Of a stretch of 64,000 nucleotides of DNA, positions 62,904 through 64,000 are shown piece by piece; the first letter of the stretch is position 1; every line of letters starts with the position of its first letter. This DNA is from a virus, in IMG/VR virus record IMGVR_UViG_3300018894_000001, positions 1 to 64,000 of that record, one strand, 5' to 3'. The translations under genes and the position numbers were made by a program. Below the pieces are notes generated by a model. That model was not told the DNA's origin. It did not search any database and saw only the letters and a program-made list of their open reading frames with translations.

Positions 62904-62944
62904 GGTATACGCCCGCCCACGCTCCATGTCAACAGGTCGCGCGC
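62904..62944 (-). promoter_or_regulatory. Sigma-70-like promoter with extended upstream motif (leftward)
   Basis: Minus strand reads GCGCGCGACCTGTTGACA, then 17 nt, then TATACC. Confidence 0.55.
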
Positions 62945-63195
62945 TACTTATCCTCCACGAGCGCCAGCACGGGCCCCGGCGGGTCGATCTGGTCCGCAAC
63001 GGCGAGGAGCTTCCGCGCCCACGCCCGCATCGTGTCGGGGTGCAGCAGCAACTCCTCGGTCTCCTCGCCCAGTACGAGGGACACGTGGCCGCGCCCGTCG
63101 AGGTTGTCGTACGCCTTGAGGTCAATCCCGTCTGCTGCGAGCACATGGAACCCCTGGCGCCGCCTCCGTGCTGACTCCAGGTCAATCACGCTCAC
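62944..63195 (-). CDS. Small hypothetical protein
   Basis: 83-aa ORF whose stop abuts the promoter motif. Confidence 0.45.
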   Translation of the reverse strand: MSVIDLESARRRRQGFHVLAADGIDLKAYDNLDGRGHVSLVLGEETEELLLHPDTMRAWARKLLAVADQIDPPGPVLALVEDK

Positions 63196-63419
63196 GACGC
63201 CACCTCAGAGCTTGCCTGCTCGCTGGGGTGGGTCAACTTCATCGCCTCGGCGCAACGCTGCGCCTCCCTCGTTTCACCCAGCTGGCGCTGCGCCTCCGCC
63301 ATGGCTTCGGACCCGAGTTCCGCCGTCTCACGGTTGAAGGCGAGGCGCTGCGCCCGCGACACGCTGCCCGTCCTGGCGGCGGCCAGCATCCGCCGGAGGA
63401 GAGAGTCGGCGGGGGTCAC
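63192..63419 (-). CDS. Small hypothetical protein
   Basis: GTGA overlap with the upstream stop. Confidence 0.4.
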   Translation of the reverse strand: MTPADSLLRRMLAAARTGSVSRAQRLAFNRETAELGSEAMAEAQRQLGETREAQRCAEAMKLTHPSEQASSEVAS

Positions 63420-63700
63420 CGCAGCACCCCGGCCTTCTGGAGCGCCGCTGTGACAGTCAGACACGGCTCACAGGAGCACGCGGCGCCATGCGCTGGGCGC
63501 AGGGTCAGAAGCGCCCGCGCCATGTCCGGCGCGGCGGAAGCGAGCCGCAGGCGCCCCTCGGCCGTCTTGTCTGGGTCGCCAACATCGTCTCGCGAATAGG
63601 CAGTGATAACTGCGTAGCCGTCAGCGTCAATCGCTACGTAATCGCCGTCGCCTACGGCTTCTTCATCTGGCGTCCAACTCTCTTCCCACGGCTTCGTCAT
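63416..63700 (-). CDS. Small acidic hypothetical protein
   Basis: AAGGAAGGG upstream of ATG 63700. Confidence 0.5.
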   Translation of the reverse strand: MTKPWEESWTPDEEAVGDGDYVAIDADGYAVITAYSRDDVGDPDKTAEGRLRLASAAPDMARALLTLRPAHGAACSCEPCLTVTAALQKAGVLR

Positions 63701-63767
63701 GGCTGTCCCTTCCTTGGTTGGCACTGCATGGGCCCGGCAGGGCGGCCGGATGCGCTCCGGCGGGCGG

Positions 63768-63947
63768 CTACTTGCTGATCTGGCGCTGACAGCCGTGGCA
63801 CTCAGCCCAGCGCGTCGAGTACTGCCCGCGACCACTTCCGCCGCGCGTGCAGCACTTGGCGCACACGAGTCGCGTACAGGCGTTGCAGCGGAAGCGCCGG
63901 GACCGCGTCATCGGTGCCTTATGACATCGCTCGCAGGGGTGGTGCAT
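63768..63947 (-). CDS. Small Cys-rich zinc-finger-like protein (59 aa)
   Basis: Translation MHHPCERCHKAPMTRSRRFRCNACTRLVCAKCCTRGG...CHGCQRQISK with GGAGAC upstream. Shorter than the ORF-track cutoff. Confidence 0.4.
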   Translation of the reverse strand: MHHPCERCHKAPMTRSRRFRCNACTRLVCAKCCTRGGSGRGQYSTRWAECHGCQRQISK

Positions 63948-63948
63948 G

Positions 63949-64000
63949 GCGTCTCCAGGGTGGCCCGAGCTCGGGCGGTGGGTGTCCCGGTGAGGCCCGG
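63949..64000. repeat. 3' flank of a probable third copy of the 54-aa ORF module
   Basis: Resembles 18413-18465, including GGTGGCCCGA and CCCGGTGAGGCCCGG. The ORF itself would begin about 12 nt beyond the window end. Confidence 0.5.

Larger units (their letters stand above)
1..64000. mobile_element. Prophage or phage-derived region spanning the whole window; ends not in window
   Basis: Continuous phage gene content: packaging, Mu-like head, contractile tail, lysis, replication and DNA modification genes. No integrase or att site seen. Confidence 0.8.

Noticed and set aside
1-64000. Search for integrase, transposase, att sites, tRNA and rRNA genes
   Set aside because: None was recognisable by eye on either strand. 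The prophage boundaries and integration mechanism cannot be addressed from this window.

Overview
The window is high-GC DNA (about two thirds G+C by eye) and phage-derived throughout. It resembles a Myxococcus-type prophage, but no integrase, transposase, att site, tRNA or rRNA is visible, so the element boundaries lie outside the window. Layout: (i) 1-18.7 kb holds early, DNA-metabolism and modification genes: a MazG-like protein, a PP2C phosphatase, a Gp37/Gp68-family protein, two HNH endonucleases, a Sak4-like ATPase, a RusA-like resolvase, and Dcm, Dam and N4/N6 methyltransferases. (ii) 18.7-27 kb holds accessory and replication genes: an ASCH protein, a SLOG/DUF2493-like protein, an iteron-containing putative replication organiser coupled to a DnaC-like loader, and a fourth methyltransferase. 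(iii) 27-55.7 kb is a minus-strand virion module. It has Mu-like head genes (large terminase, DUF935-type portal, MuF, gpI protease/scaffold, gpT capsid, gp36-like, gpG-like) and a contractile tail (sheath, tube, G/GT frameshift chaperones, tape measure, baseplate V/W/J/I-like proteins, fibre). (iv) 55.8-58.6 kb is a plus-strand exported-protein, SGNH-hydrolase, holin and SLT-endolysin cassette. (v) 58.8-64 kb holds small early-type genes. Many long ORFs in the supplied track are antisense shadows typical of high-GC DNA and were not called. Gene starts were trimmed using ATGA/GTGA overlaps and Shine-Dalgarno-like sequences. The observations most worth a second look are listed here. (a) A three-gene plus-strand cassette array bracketed by imperfect direct repeats sits between the terminase and portal genes. 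(b) A candidate origin with 14 short iterons flanks an AT-rich tract inside a gene. (c) A 111-bp near-perfect inverted repeat is shared by two members of a three-member coiled-coil paralog family. (d) A 54-aa ORF with a near-consensus promoter occurs three times, and its extended -35 motif recurs at six sites. (e) The MuF head protein carries a C-terminal HExxH domain. (f) A promoter-equipped lipoprotein gene lies convergent to the tail fibre gene. (g) A collagen-like lipoprotein gene is embedded in the baseplate operon. All functional calls come from motif recognition by eye; no database search was run.
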